The position numbers and the translations under genes are program-made. A model generated the notes under the pieces. The model was not told where the DNA came from. It was given only the letters and a program-made list of their open reading frames with translations, and made no database searches. Shown in pieces: positions 51,691-64,000 of a stretch of DNA of 64,000 nucleotides. Source of the DNA: the human T2T-CHM13v2.0 reference genome, Homo sapiens; NCBI RefSeq assembly GCF_009914755.1, contig NC_060941.1; one strand, 5' to 3'. Each line of letters begins with the position of its first letter. The first letter of the stretch is position 1.

Positions 51691-52379
51691 TTTGTCTCCT
51701 ATTATTCCCTCATTTTAAACTGTTTTTTAACAGGGAACATTTGACCACCACACAGCCTCTCAGATTTCCTCATCCTTCAAAATCTACCATAATAATCATA
51801 GCTATAAGGTACTGAGGGGCTTTATATCATCATCTGATGTATAAGGTAATTAATATTATCCCCACTTTCAGAGGCAAATGTTGAGGCTCAGACAGAGTGA
51901 GCAACAGGTCCAAGGGGATGCAGCTGGGCAGCAGCAGGGCCAGGACTGTACCCAGAGCTGATGCCACAGCCTGTGCTCCGACCACAGCACTCCCTGCTTT
52001 GCAGATGATTGTCATTGAGGCTTGCTCCCTTAACGAAATTACCAGCGATCATCTCTGACTGTTCATATCTCCTTTTGCTGCTTTATTTCTATTCTTATCC
52101 CTAACATACTATGCGTAACTTTAATTTTTAATGATTCTATATATGCTCTTTCTTCTCTATTAGAATCTAAATTCTGAGAGGGCGGGGATTTTTGTTACTT
52201 TTGTATACCCACGTATTCCCAATGCCTAGAGAGTGCCTGGTACATAGCAGTTGTATACTTTTTGAATAAATGAATAAACACTCATTAATTCTAAGGCTTG
52301 GGTGTCCCAGGACATGAGGATTTATTTTTATATCCCCTCTGGGGCTGCAGACTGTAAACTTGGCTCATTCTTCTCCTAG

Positions 52380-52480
52380 GTTTCCCTGTCTCCTTCCAGT
52401 CTCGAGCTCAGCTCTGCCGTTTCCTCGCCATGTGAATCTTCACATGCACCCCCCACCATGCAGCCATCAACCAGGGCCAG
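52380..52480 (+). pseudogene. ALOX12P1: ALOX12-like exon 12 (in-frame TGA, donor lost)
   Basis: [32 protein letters not shown], followed by cc instead of gt. Confidence 0.92.
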
Positions 52481-52604
52481 CCGTGGATAAACAAAAGCCT
52501 GCATCTGTCAGGGCAGGTGTCTGGACTGGGGGTTCTTGAAAGAGACAGCCGGGGGCTAGTGTCCACACATCAAGGTTCAGGGTGAATTCAGGTTCCTCTT
52601 CTAG

Positions 52605-52775
52605 CTTGACTGGTATGCCTGGATCCCTAATGGCCCGTGCTCAGTGAGGATGCCCTCACCCACCACCAAACAAGATGCGACAAGGCCCACAGTGATGAGG
52701 TCACTCCCTGATGTCTGGCAATCCTATGTTCAAATAAGCATCATGTGGCTTCTGAGCTGGCGGCAGGTGGACGTG
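52605..52775 (+). pseudogene. ALOX12P1: ALOX12-like exon 13 (171 nt, open)
   Basis: tag|LDWYAWIPNGPCSVRMPSPTTKQDATRPTVMRSLPDVWQSYVQISIMWLLSWRQVDV|gtgag. Confidence 0.92.
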
Positions 52776-52883
52776 GTGAGAGGGGACCTCTGAGACTACA
52801 GAGGAGATATCAGGGTGCGGGGATGGATTCCGGGTCCCTGTGTCTTGGAACTAGGAGCTCATTCATCCTCTTTTCTGCCCCAG

Positions 52884-53060
52884 GTACCCCCTTGAGCATC
52901 AGAAAGTATATGTCTCAGGCCCTGAGCCCAAAGCTGTGCTGAGACAATTTCAAACAGATCTGGACAACCTGGAAAGGGAAATTGTGGCCCGAAATGAGAA
53001 ACTAGACCTTCCCTATGACTATCTGAAGCCCAGCTACATAGAGAACATATCACTATCTGA
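52884..53060 (+). pseudogene. ALOX12P1: ALOX12-like exon 14 (terminal, frameshifted)
   Basis: [49 protein letters not shown]. Confidence 0.92.
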
Positions 53061-54028
53061 GATCAAATATTCTGGTCCTCAAAGACCTTAGGCCATCATT
53101 ACTATGAACATTTTCCTCCTGAATCTTGTCTTTTCTTAGCTCTCAGTTGCTGTGTTTTTCTTTCCTCCTCTGATTTTTCTACCTGAGTATCTCATTAGCC
53201 TGAGGCACTGTACTTACCTTCAGGGACCCTATGAGAACGATCTGCACATTGCAATCACATTCCTTAGAGAAATCACCCATATACTCCTGTAGCTTTCCCT
53301 TGGCCCTGGAAATTTACCTACTCCATTCATCATAGAATGTTTAGGAGTGATTATCTATATGGCACGCTATAGAGGTGCAATTTCATTTCTTTCTATCTGG
53401 ATAATCAGTTATGCCAGCACAGTTCATAGAAAAACTCATTCTTTCCCACTAATCTGCAATGCTGACATTAATCAAATTCCTGTATACAAATGTTACTACT
53501 GGAACTGTCCGTTCTGCTACATTCATCAGTTTTTCCTTCCCTGCATCACAGTGATGTAAGTACTATGGGTTTATACCTAACACAGCCTACTATTTGATAA
53601 GACATACTCATCCAATTTGTTCTTTCCAGGTGCTCTGGCTTTTCTTAAACATATAAATATTACAATTATTTTGTTAAGTTTCAGAAATAACGGATGATGT
53701 GATTTTGATTGGAATCACATTGTATGTATAGAAATTTTAATACAAAATTTTTGCATTACAAAAATGTCAACTTCAGCCAAGTTTGCATTTTTGAGATATA
53801 TCCAAGTGGGTCCTTTTATGTATTGTGATTCCATTTGTTTTTTGTTTGTTTGTTTGTTTGCCTGTATTGCATCTGGGTTCCTGGGTAAGATTGGCCTATG
53901 AAGGGTTATAGACTTGTAGAGAGGCAATATCAGGAACTCTGCTAAAATGAGTTCATTAAAATAATAGTGAAGAACAAAATACAGAATTCTGTCACTAGAG
54001 ACTCAAATGCATTTGCTGAAATCATGTA

Positions 54029-54162
54029 CAGTTGGGCCTCCACATCCCTGGATTCAACCTATCATGGATGGAAAAGATTTTTTAAAATAATGGTTGCATC
54101 TGTACTGAACACATAAGACCATTTTTTCTTGTCATTGGTCCCTAACAGTGCAGTTTAACAAT
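54029..54162 (+). mobile_element. Tigger3/MER7-like fragment
   Basis: ta|cagttgggcctccacatcc...ggattcaacc...tctgtactgaaca...ttcttgtcatt. Confidence 0.65.
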
Positions 54163-54164
54163 TC

Positions 54165-56270
54165 CTGGCATGCCTTGTTTTATTGTGCTGTGATCTCTTG
54201 TGCTTTCCAGATATTAAAAACACAGTTTGCAAATTGATAGTGTGGCAACCCTGCCTCGAGGAAGTTCTTCAATGCCATTTTTTCCAACAGCATGTGCTCT
54301 GTGCCTCTGAGTCACATTTTGGATATTTTTACAATGTTTCAGACATTTTCGTTGTAGTTCTATCTGTTATGGTGATCTGTGATTGATGACCTTTGATGTT
54401 ACAGTTGTCACTGCTTTGGAGCTCCATGAACTGTGCCCATCTAAGATGGCAAACTTCATTGATAAATGTTGTGTGTCTGATTGCTCCTCCAACCAGCCAT
54501 TCCCCCATCTCTCCTATTTTCCTTGGCCCTCTCTCTTCCCTGAGACACAACAATATTGAAATCTGGTCACTTAATAACCTTGCAGTGGCCACTCAGTGTT
54601 CAAGTGAAAGGAAGAGTTGCACATACCTCACTTTAAATCAAAAGCTAGAAATGACTAAGGATAGTGAGGAAGGCATGTCTATAGCCGAGATAGGCCAAAA
54701 GTTGGGCCCCTTGTACCAGGTCGCTAAGTTGTGAATGTAAAGGAAAAGCTCTTGAAGGAAATTACAAATGCTACCCTAGTGAACCCATAAATGACAAAAA
54801 AGTGAAACAACCTTATTGCTAATAATGGAGGATGTTTGAGTGGACGTTTGAGTGTTCTAGATAGAAGATTAACCAATCCACAACACTTCCTTAAGCCAAA
54901 GCCTAATCCAGAGCAAGACCCTAACTCTATTCAATTCTATGAAGACGGAGAGAGGTGAGGAAGCTTCAGAAGAAAAGTCTAAAGCTAGCAGAGGTTGGTT
55001 CATGGGGTTTAAGGAAAGAAGCTGTCTCCATAACGTAAAAGTGCAAGGTGAAGCAGCAAGTGCTGCCGCAGAAGCTGCTGCAACTTATCCAGAAGATCTA
55101 GCTAGGATCACTGATGAAGGTGGCGCTACACTAAGCAAGAGATTTTTATGTAAACCAAACAGCCTTCTACTGGGAGAAGCTGCCATCTAGGATTCCCACA
55201 GCTGGATAGGAGAAGTCAAGGCCTGGCTTCAGAGCTTCAAAGAACAAGCTGACCCTCGTTTCAGGAGTGCACGCAGCTGGTGACTACAGTTGGAATCTGG
55301 TGCTCACTTACCATTCCAAAACTACCAGGGCCCTTAGGAATGAAGCTGAATCTACTCTGCCTGTGCTGTTTGAGTGCAACAACAAAGCCTGGATGACAGC
55401 ACTTCTGTTAACAGCATGGTTTGCAGAATAGTTTAAACTCACTGTTGGGACCCACTGCTTGGAAAATGTAGATATACCTTTCAAAATATCCTGCTCATTG
55501 ATAATCCACCTGGTTACGCAAGAAGTCTGATAAAGGTACACAAGGAGGCTGATACTGCCATAGATAGTGATTTCTCTGATGGATCTGAGCAAAGTAAATT
55601 GAAATCTTCTGGAAAGAAGACAACATTCTAGATGGCATTCATATCATTCAGGATTGGTAGGAAGAGGTCAAAATATCAACATTAACAGTAGTTTGGAAGA
55701 AGTTGATTCCAGCTCTCATGGATGACAAGGGATTCAAGACATCAGTGGAAGAAGCAACTGCAGATGTGAGGAAATAGCAAGAGAACTAGAATTAGAGGTG
55801 GAGCCTGAAGATGTGACTGTATTGCTGCAATCTCATGAGAAAACTGGAACTTATGAGGAGTTGCCTCTTACAGATAAGCAAAGAAAGTGGTTTCTTGAGA
55901 TAGAAACTAGTTGTGGTGAAGACGCTGTGAACGCTATCCAAATGATAACCATAGATTTAGAATATTACATGAACTTAGTTGATAAAGCAGTGGCAGGGTT
56001 TGGGAGGATTGACTCCACTTTTGAAAGATGTTCTACTGTAGGAAAAATGCTATCAAATAGCTTCACATGCTACAGGGAAATCTTTCTTCAAGGGAAGAGT
56101 CAATGGATGCAGCAGACTTCATTGTTGTTTTAAGAAATTGCCACAGCACACACCCACCTTCAGCAGTCATCATTCTGACCCGTCAACAGCCATAAACATT
56201 GAGGCAAGTCCCTCTACCAACAAAAAGATGACAACTCGCTGAAAAAATTTTTAGTGTTTTTAGCAATATT
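54165..56270 (+). mobile_element. Tigger1 DNA transposon, near full length
   Basis: Collinear with the 16076 element. Transposase fragments GWFMGFKER (54939-55190) and 55798-56133. Confidence 0.9.
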
Positions 56271-56271
56271 G

Positions 56272-57473
56272 TTTTAAATTCCAGCTTTTATTTAAGATAT
56301 AGGGGGGTACGGGTGTAGGATTGTTACATGGGTATGTTGGATCCGGGTAGTGAGCCTAGTACCCAGTAGATAGTTTTTCATCCTGTACCCTCCCCCTTCC
56401 AATAGTCTGCACTGTCCAATTTTCCCATGTATTTGACCACATGTGCTCAGTGTTTAGCTCCCACTCTCCCACTTGAGAACATGTGGTATTTAGTATTACG
56501 TTCTTGTCTTAATTCACTTAGGATTACGGCCTCCAGCTGCATCCATGTTGCTGCAAAGGACATGACTTCATTCTTTTCTGTGGTGGTGTAGTATTCCATA
56601 GTATACGTGCCACATTTTTCTTATCTACTCAATCATTGACAGACACCTAGGTTGGTTCCATGTCTTCCCTATAGTGAATAGTTTGGCGATGAACATATGA
56701 GTGCATGCATCTTTTTGGAATAATGATCTATATTCCTTTGGTTATATACCCAGTAATAGTACTTCTGGGTGAAATGTTAGCTCTGTTTTAAGTTCTTTGA
56801 GAAAACTCCAAACTGCTTTCCACAGTGGCTGAACTAATTTACATTCCCACCAACAGTGTGTAAGCATTGCCTTTGCTCCATGGTTTCACCAGTGCCTGTT
56901 GTTTTTTGGCTTTTTAATAGTAGCCATTCTGTCTAGTGTGAAATGGGATCTCATGTGGTTTTGATTTGCATTTGTCTAATGATTAGTGATGATGGGCATT
57001 TTTTCATATGCTTGTTGTCCACTTGTATGTCTTCTTTAGAGAAGTGTCTTTTCATGTCTTTTGCCCATTTTGTAGTGGGGTTATTTGGGGTTTTTATTGC
57101 TTGCTGATTTGTTCAAGTTTTTTATAGATTTGGATATTAGGCCTTTGTTGGGTGCCTAGCTTGTGAATATTTTCTCCCATGGTGTAGGCTGTCTGTTTAC
57201 TCTGTTGATGGTTTCTTTTGCTGTGCAGAAACTCTTTATTATAAAGTGTATAAAATTTATAATCAATAAATGTACATTTGCCGATTCAATAAGTCAATCA
57301 CATTTATTGATTTACAACATAATTTACTTAGGTCCCACTTGTCACTTTTTATTTTTGTTGCAATTGCTTTTGGAGACGTAGCCAAAAATTCTTTGGCAAG
57401 GCTGATGTAGAGAAGGATATTTCCTAGGTTTTCTTCTAGGATTTTTATAGTTTGAGGTCTTATATTTAAATCC
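56272..57473 (-). mobile_element. L1PB/L1MA 3' end, antisense
   Basis: ORF2-like DLNIRPQTIKILEENLG...PKAIATKIKSDKWDL. Confidence 0.9.
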
Positions 57474-57646
57474 ATGGTAGGATAGCACCTCCCTGTCCCT
57501 TTGAAGTGAACCATGTTACCTGCTGTGAGCAGTGAAGTGGAGCAGAAGTCACAGGTGCCATTTCTGGGCAGAAGCTTTGAAGGGACCATGGTGAGCCACC
57601 CCATCATTTCTTCTGCCTAAGCAGTTTTGGGGGCACAGAAGTCGGG

Positions 57647-59760
57647 TGTTATGGGCTGAATTGTGTCCCCCACCCCCAAGTTGATACGTTGAAGTCCTAA
57701 CCCCAAGTGCCTCAGAATGGGATTGTGTTTGGAGATGGGACCTTTAAAGGTGTAATTAAGGGGAAACGAGGTCATATGGGTGAGCCCTCATCCAATCTGT
57801 CTGGTGTCCTTATAAGGAGAGGAGATGAGGACACAGACACAGACCGAAGACCACATGGAGACACAGACAAGAGGGTGGCCACTTATAAGCCAAGGAGCCA
57901 GGCCTTAGAAGAAACCGATTCTGCTGATACCTTAGTCTTGGACTTCTGGGACCCCGAACTGTGAGAAACAATATTTCTGTTATTTAAGACCTCCATCTGT
58001 GGTATATTCTTACCGTAGCCCTAGCAAACTCGTATTGATTTTTGATACCAGGAAGTGGAATGCTGCTCTAAAAAATACGCAAAAATGTGCAAGTGGATAA
58101 TGAGTAGAGGCTGGAAGAGTTTGGAGGTGCATGCTGCAAAGGCCTAGATGGTCTTTTTTATATGTTTAATTTCTGGTCAAAAATATTTTAGTTGTTTTAT
58201 AGAGTTCTGGGAAAATAATTACCTAAGGAAAAGAAATAGCATTGCTTATAGGCGGGTTTGAATATTAGCCCTGTAGCTTTGCTGAGAAATTGAGAAATTC
58301 TTCTTGGTTAGAGTCCTGAATTACATTAAATGGAGGGATAGGGTTAAGGTGTTTATTTTGTGTTTTTTGCTTTCAGCTTGGTGTTTTTGGTTGTTGTTGT
58401 TGCCCCAAGTGAGTCCAAAACCCAACCGGGAAAAGAACATTAAATCTTAAAACTTGAGAACCTTCTTTGACTCCGTGGCCCATGTTCCAGATATACTAGG
58501 ATGTGGTTGGGCGGCCCAGGGCTTCAGGTGGCTCTTCCCCCATGGCTTTGCTGGGTGCAGCCCAGGCAGCAGCTCTCACATGTTGGAGTTTGATGCCTGA
58601 GGCTCTCCCAGGGTGGACTTGCACACTGCTGGCTCTACCATCCTGGAATCTTGGGGATAGCCTCTTCCCCACGGCTCTGCTGGGCATTGCCCTAGTGGGA
58701 ACGTTCTGTGGTGTCCCTGCCCCTGTGGCAGTTTTCTGCCTGACCCCAAGGCTGTCTGGGACATACTTTGAAATGCAGGTGGAGGCAGCCATATCCCACA
58801 GCTATTGCACTCTGCACACCTGCAGAATGAGCACCACGTGGATGCTCCAAAGAGTTTTCTGCCTGTGTCCTCTGGAGGGGTGATAGCATGTCCCCCACTC
58901 CACCAGGGCCCATTGAGCAACACTTGGAGCAGCCAAGGAGCACCACAGCACAGTGTGGGAACCAGCGACTTCAGGGAGTGCTGGGCAGCAAGCCCCAAGG
59001 TCCTCAGGGGTCCTCAGGGCGCCCCAGGGCCTTTCTTGGAAACCGTACTGCCGTCAGTGCCCTGGCACCATGGGCCTGTGACGAGAGTGCGGCCTGAGTG
59101 ATCCACACAATGCCTTCAGGGTCGCTCTTCCATTGTCCTGGTGAGGAGCACAGCCCTGATCCACGCAGGCCTCCTGACCCACACCCTCGTGTTCGCTCCC
59201 AAACACACTTTCTTATCTGTTCAAAACGGGCAGGCTGAGAAGGCTAAAAGTTTCCCAAATCTTTAAGTTCTGCTTCCCTTTTGATTATAAGTTCTGTCTC
59301 TAAATCATTCCTCTTTTTCTTTCATTTTCCTATAAACGTTCAAGACAATCAAGCCGCTCCTTCAATACTTTGCTGAGATATTTCTTCTGCCAAATTTCAG
59401 TTACATCACTCACAAGTTCTGCCTTCCACCAAACACTAGTGCTTTGCCACTTTATGGCAAGCGTCACTCACCTTTCCTCCAGTTTCCATTTACCTCTTCT
59501 TGATTTCCATCTGAGACTTCATCAGAATGACCTTTCCTTTCCATATTCTTTTTTTTTTGTTTGTTTTTTAGAGACTGGGAGCCACCGACATGCCAGGAGA
59601 CAGGCCTGGAACAGAACCTTCCTGCACAGCCTCAGAAGAAACCCACCCTGCTGACACTTTGATCTTGGACTCATGGCCTCCAGTACTGTGAGACAGTAAG
59701 ATTCTGTTGTTGAAGGTGCCCAGTCTGTGGTACTGTAAAACAGCCCTAGGAAACTAACAT
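57647..59760. mobile_element. MaLR cluster: MLT1-type LTR (57647-58035), internal fragments (partly inverted, about 58490-59545) and LTR 3' part (about 59575-59760)
   Basis: tgttatgggctgaattgtgtcccc start, and agccctagcaaact / agccctaggaaactaaca ends. THE1/MST-internal-like sequence lies between. Confidence 0.75.
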
Positions 59761-59938
59761 AGCCTATTAGCCTACAGGGTGAAGAGATGGAATTCGCAAT
59801 GGACCTCCAGGCTTACTGTCTACAGCTCCCAAAGTGTGCTGTCGGACCCTTGGGTGTGTGTAGGTATGCAAGATAATTTTGGGTGGTGCAGAGTGAATAA
59901 TGTCAACTTACATAATGGATTTATCTTACTGGATAAAT

Positions 59939-60435
59939 CACGGGTTCCCTCCTGTTTGGAACCAGGCTGCACAGCAGGAGGTGAGCAGCCAGCCAGTGAG
60001 CAAAGCTTCATCTGTAGAAACAGCCGCTCCCCATCCCTTGCATTACCACATGAGCTGTGTCTCCTGTCAGATGAGTGGTGCCATTAGATTCTCATAGGAG
60101 CATGAACCCTACTGTGAACTGCGCATGCCAGGGATCTAGGTTGTGTGCTCCTTATGAAATCTAATGCCTGATGATCTGTCACTGTCTCCCATCACCCCCA
60201 GATGGGACCATCTAGTTGCAGGAAAACAAGCTCAGTGTTCCTACTTATTCTACATTATGGTGAATGGTATAATTATTTCATTATATATTACAGTGAAATA
60301 ATAATAGAAATAAAGTGCACAATAAATGTAATGGGCTTGAATCATCTCCGCATCATCCTTTCCCCTTCTCCCGGGTCCGTGGAAAAGTCTTCCATGAAAC
60401 TGGTCTCTGGGACCAAAAAGGTTGGGGACCACCGG
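59939..60435. mobile_element. MER1 (hAT-Charlie) element
   Basis: Typical MER1 body (tagattctcataggagcatgaaccc...) and end ggaccaaaaaggttggggaccac. Confidence 0.8.
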
Positions 60436-60635
60436 TATAAATGCTTCTAAGAATAGTTAAGCAAATTAAGGTTTACATGCTGCTAAAAATATGGGTTTCA
60501 ATGCTAAGAAAAATGGATGCACGTGAAAACACTCTCTTGCTGTGGTCCAGGGAATCTAAACCATTCTAACAGAGAAACGTGCAGCTTGGAGCTGGAGCTG
60601 CCCTCCGACATCCTGTCCACCTCATATCCCTGCAC

Positions 60636-60778
60636 CACACACGCATGCACACATGCAAGCAGACATGTACACATGCATACGTGCATGCACATGAACGCAC
60701 ACACACGCACACATGCACATAAATACACGTGCATATACCTGCACACACACACACTCACACACACACACACACTCTCAC
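60636..60778. repeat. Degenerate (CA/TG)n alternating purine-pyrimidine tract
   Basis: cacacacgcatgcacacatgc...cacacacacactctcac. Confidence 0.9.
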
Positions 60779-61917
60779 TGTGCTTCATGCCCTAAGGTGG
60801 CCTGGGAGGGAATGCGTGTTTTTAAGGGGAATGAAGATGACTCAGGCCCCTCGTTCTCCTGGCGTTTGCACCAGTGTCTTCTCTGCAGACCATGCTTCAG
60901 TCTCTTTCTTGGCTCTCTCTCTTAGTGAAAGCAAGAAGCAGAGCCCCTGCGTGTACCTGGCTGCTTAGGGTGCAAGCCAAGTTCACAAGCTTCCCGGGGA
61001 GCCTGGTGAGAAGAAGGCACTGCAGAGCCTCCCCAAAAGAGGCGTCAACTTTTGGTGGATCCTTGAGCCTGGGAAAATGATAGACGGGACATCACAGTTC
61101 ATCAGAAGACACAAACAAAATCCACTCAGGAAGAGCAGCAGTCAAAGGTTTTATTCTCTCGGAGAAGGTTCTCGGGGGCTGTAAGCAGCAGGCAGAAGAC
61201 TTTATTGCATGTGTGGTTAGGTGATGGCAACCTCCAGTTTTCACTGGGAACTGGGATCAAGAGTGACCCGACCTCCTCCGCAGCCCCTAGGGATGAGTCA
61301 GCTGCCTCTTCTGCATGCTGACAAACCTTGGCTCTCATTTATGCCCCACCGCAAGCCAGCCACACCCCTGCCTCACCAGCATAACCACCTCCTCCTGACT
61401 TTAGCCCTGACAGCACTGCTTCCTGGTAACCTTCCCCCTCCCACCATGGTCCAGGCAAGCCTAAATGCCAGCGCCCTCCACCCACCCTTCCTGGGTGCCA
61501 CTCTACTGTCTGCTTACCCAGATGTCTTAACCTGGCTTTACCAAGATGGAACAGACAACAGGGATGAGCCCCCAGCCTCTCCCAGGAAGGTTTGGCAAAA
61601 TGCTCTCCATTTAGAAGCAGGGGCAGTGACGCGGCCTAGGGATGACCCCAGGCTTGTCACCCAAGCAGTAAGAAGGGCAAGGAGCCCAGTTTCATGCCCT
61701 TACCCTGGGAGGATGTGGCCAGGGCTCCACAAGTCCCTCGGGGGTAGGGGGAGTGCACAGGAGAGCAGATCCACCCTCCTTTTGAGGAAGTAGCCACCAC
61801 TCCCAGGAAGCAGCAGATGGGGTGCACTGGCAGAGACCCTGCGTGCTGTAGAGCAGGGCCAGCAGATTTGCACTCAGCCTCAGCCCCAGGGGAGCTGCAA
61901 GACAGACTGAGACCCTC

Positions 61918-62262
61918 ACAGGTTTGGCTCTGTGTCCCCACTCAAATCTCATCTGGAATTGTAATCCTCCTGTGTCAAGGGAGGAACCTGGTGGGAGGGG
62001 ATTGGATTTGGGGACAGTTTCCTCCCGTGCTGCTCCCCTGATAGTGAGTGAATTCTCAGGAAAGCTGATGGTTTTAAAGTGTGGCACTTCCTTGTTCTCC
62101 ACTTACTCCCTCCTGCCACCTTGTGAAGAAGATGCCTGCTTCCCCTTCACCTTCCGCCATGATTGTAAGTTTCCTGAACTGCGAGTCAGTTAAGCCTCTT
62201 TCCTTTATAAATTATCCAGTCTCAGGTATTTCTTTATAGCAATGTGAAAACAAACTAACACA
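61918..62262 (+). mobile_element. MSTA/THE1-type MaLR LTR
   Basis: ggtttggctctgtgtccccactcaaatctcatc...ctttatagcaatgtgaaaacaaactaacaca. Confidence 0.85.
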
Positions 62263-62554
62263 GACCCCTTCCCTGAAGTGCCTTCTCCTTAGGCCACCAG
62301 CTGCCCCCATGCTCCTCCTCTGCCCCCTGGTCTTTCTTTTCCCCTCATGAGGCCCAAGTGATCCACAAGGCCAGCTTCACCTCCATCCTACTGCAGGCCT
62401 GTGCAGCTGCTGGAGAGGCCGGGCTCCTTTCCTCACCCCAGAGTGTATACGCTGCAGGCAGGCATGTTGACGCCTCAGGCAGTGGATACTGACTCTGGGC
62501 CCTGCTGACCCGGGCAAGGCCCCATTGTGATGCGTGCCATGACCTCAGAATGTC

Positions 62555-62702
62555 ACTGGTGCTTAGCACCTGCTGCTCCCCGGCTTGCCTCTGTGTTCTA
62601 CAGCAGCTACACACAGACAGTGGTATCTGTGAGTGGCTCTGTGGACTCAAAGGTTTTCTCCCTGAGAGGCATGACCCAGGCCAGCTGATTCTTCAGAATC
62701 AG
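62555..62702 (+). other. TBC1D3/USP6-family non-coding first exon homolog (TBC1D29P-like locus), intron continues past the window end
   Basis: actggtgcttagcacc...ggactcaaaggttttctccctgagaggcatgacccaggccagctgattcttcagaatcag|gtgagt resembles the recalled TBC1D3 5' UTR. Strong donor site. Flanking DNA is GC-richer and Alu-free. Confidence 0.75.
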
Positions 62703-64000
62703 GTGAGTGTGACCTGCTCTCTTCCCTGCAGGCTGACTTGGGGACAGTGGCTACGGGGTGGGCGATGTTGGCCTCTGGGCACCTGCTGAGGAGGGTCATC
62801 CCTGAGCACTCACCGGGTGCCCGTTCTACACTGCCCGTGTAGACAATTGTCTCTTTCGTCCTCATGGTGCCTCCATAGGGTAGGTGCTGTTCCCAAATGT
62901 ACCCATTTGACAACTGAGACGTCTGGGGTCAGAGAAGTGGTAATCAACCCGGGAATCCCGACATGACCCTGGGTTTTGCTCTCAGCCCTGCCCTGTGCTG
63001 GGCTGGACTTAAGGCCTGAACCCTGTGGTCTCCCTGCCCTAGATCCCAAATCTGTCGAGGGTTTCCGATCCCGATGGGGCAGAGCCTGGCCCTGGCAGAG
63101 CCACTGGGATGGATCCACTGTGGGTGGGGTGGAGGGGAGGGTCCTAAGAACACATCTGTGTCCTAAGCTGGGTCCTGATGGTCCCTGTGGGACCAACTGA
63201 ACACACATGGTCCCTTGTCCGGGAGTGGCATGGGGAGCCTTCTGCCTTTGGGCAGCTGTGGAAAATGAAGGAGCCCTGGAGAGCTGGCTGGAGGGAGGCT
63301 ATCTTCCATCCTGTTCAACGGGGTCCAGGAACTGGGGTTGTCCCCAGGTATTTCTTTGTCTGGTCCTATCCAGGCCTTGCCCTCCTTTTGCTCCAAGTGT
63401 TCCCAGGAGGGACGATCCATCTAGGTGTTCCCCAGGACCAAAGACCCACTGTTCTTCCTCCGTGACCCAGGAAAATGAAGCCCCCTCCTGTATGGATAGC
63501 TCAGAATGGTGGAGTCCACAGTCCCTCCCCGAGAGATGTGGTTTCTATGAGTACAGAGGCTGCGTTGGACACAGTAGCTTATTTTCATTCCTTAAACCTG
63601 TTGTTCCTAAAGTGGCTTCACTGGTGAGACTGAAGGGCCATGGTAGCCCAAGTGATGAGCAGAGTAGAACCGAGCACTCAGGAGAGACCTTGTTCCCCGT
63701 AGGAAACTGAGCATCTCTGTGGTCCCGAGCATCCCAGAGACCTCTGGTCCCTGTCCCCAGTCTGCCTCCATATCCCTGGAATAGCCCATCATGGGCCCTT
63801 CACCCTTGGCAGGTGGACACCATTGAAACTGCCGGGGCAGGTGTATGCCCATTTCATGGCATTTGGGGACAATGGGACTCTCTGTCCAGGTCCCACTGTC
63901 CTCAAGTCCTTGGGAAGATGCACACCCCTGCTGGAGACTCCAGAGACCCATGCAGGTGTGGGCCACTGGGTCTAGCCCCTTTTCACCTGAGGGCGGTGGT

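Noticed and set aside
60504-60968. His/Thr- and Cys/Val-rich ORFs
   Set aside because: These are translations of the (CA)n-like simple repeat.
61221-63710. 190-aa, 136-aa and 167-aa ORFs near the window end
   Set aside because: No recognisable domain. They are partly LTR-derived or within the presumed TBC1D3-like intron 1, and are expected by chance in GC-rich DNA.

Overview
Primate (most likely human, 17q11.2-type) genomic DNA, roughly half transposon-derived. There are three genic blocks, all on the + strand. (1) The 3' half of GOSR1 (Golgi SNARE GS28): five coding exons at 760-851, 3313-3387, 21517-21546, 30576-30658 and 32892-33016 that splice in frame to the C-terminal transmembrane anchor. 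The last intron is U12 (minor-spliceosome) type, and the long 3' UTR carries a sense SVA. (2) An unprocessed, 5'-truncated ALOX12-like pseudogene (ALOX12P1-like) at about 40300-53060, comprising the end of exon 6 and exons 7-14, with stops, frameshifts and lost splice sites. (3) The start of a TBC1D3/USP6-family segment (TBC1D29P-like) from about 62.3 kb. Nearly all ORFs in the supplied track are Alu/SVA/L1/Tigger/LTR artefacts. I found no wholly new biological system. The best leads are the U12 last intron that gates the SNARE membrane anchor, the SVA that split a poly(A) site, a candidate unannotated exon and a perfect 22-bp palindrome in intron 6, a young AluYa5, and the L1-fused breakpoint of the pseudogene. 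Gene names, exon numbers and repeat families come from recall of known sequences, not from database searches. Repeat boundaries are approximate.
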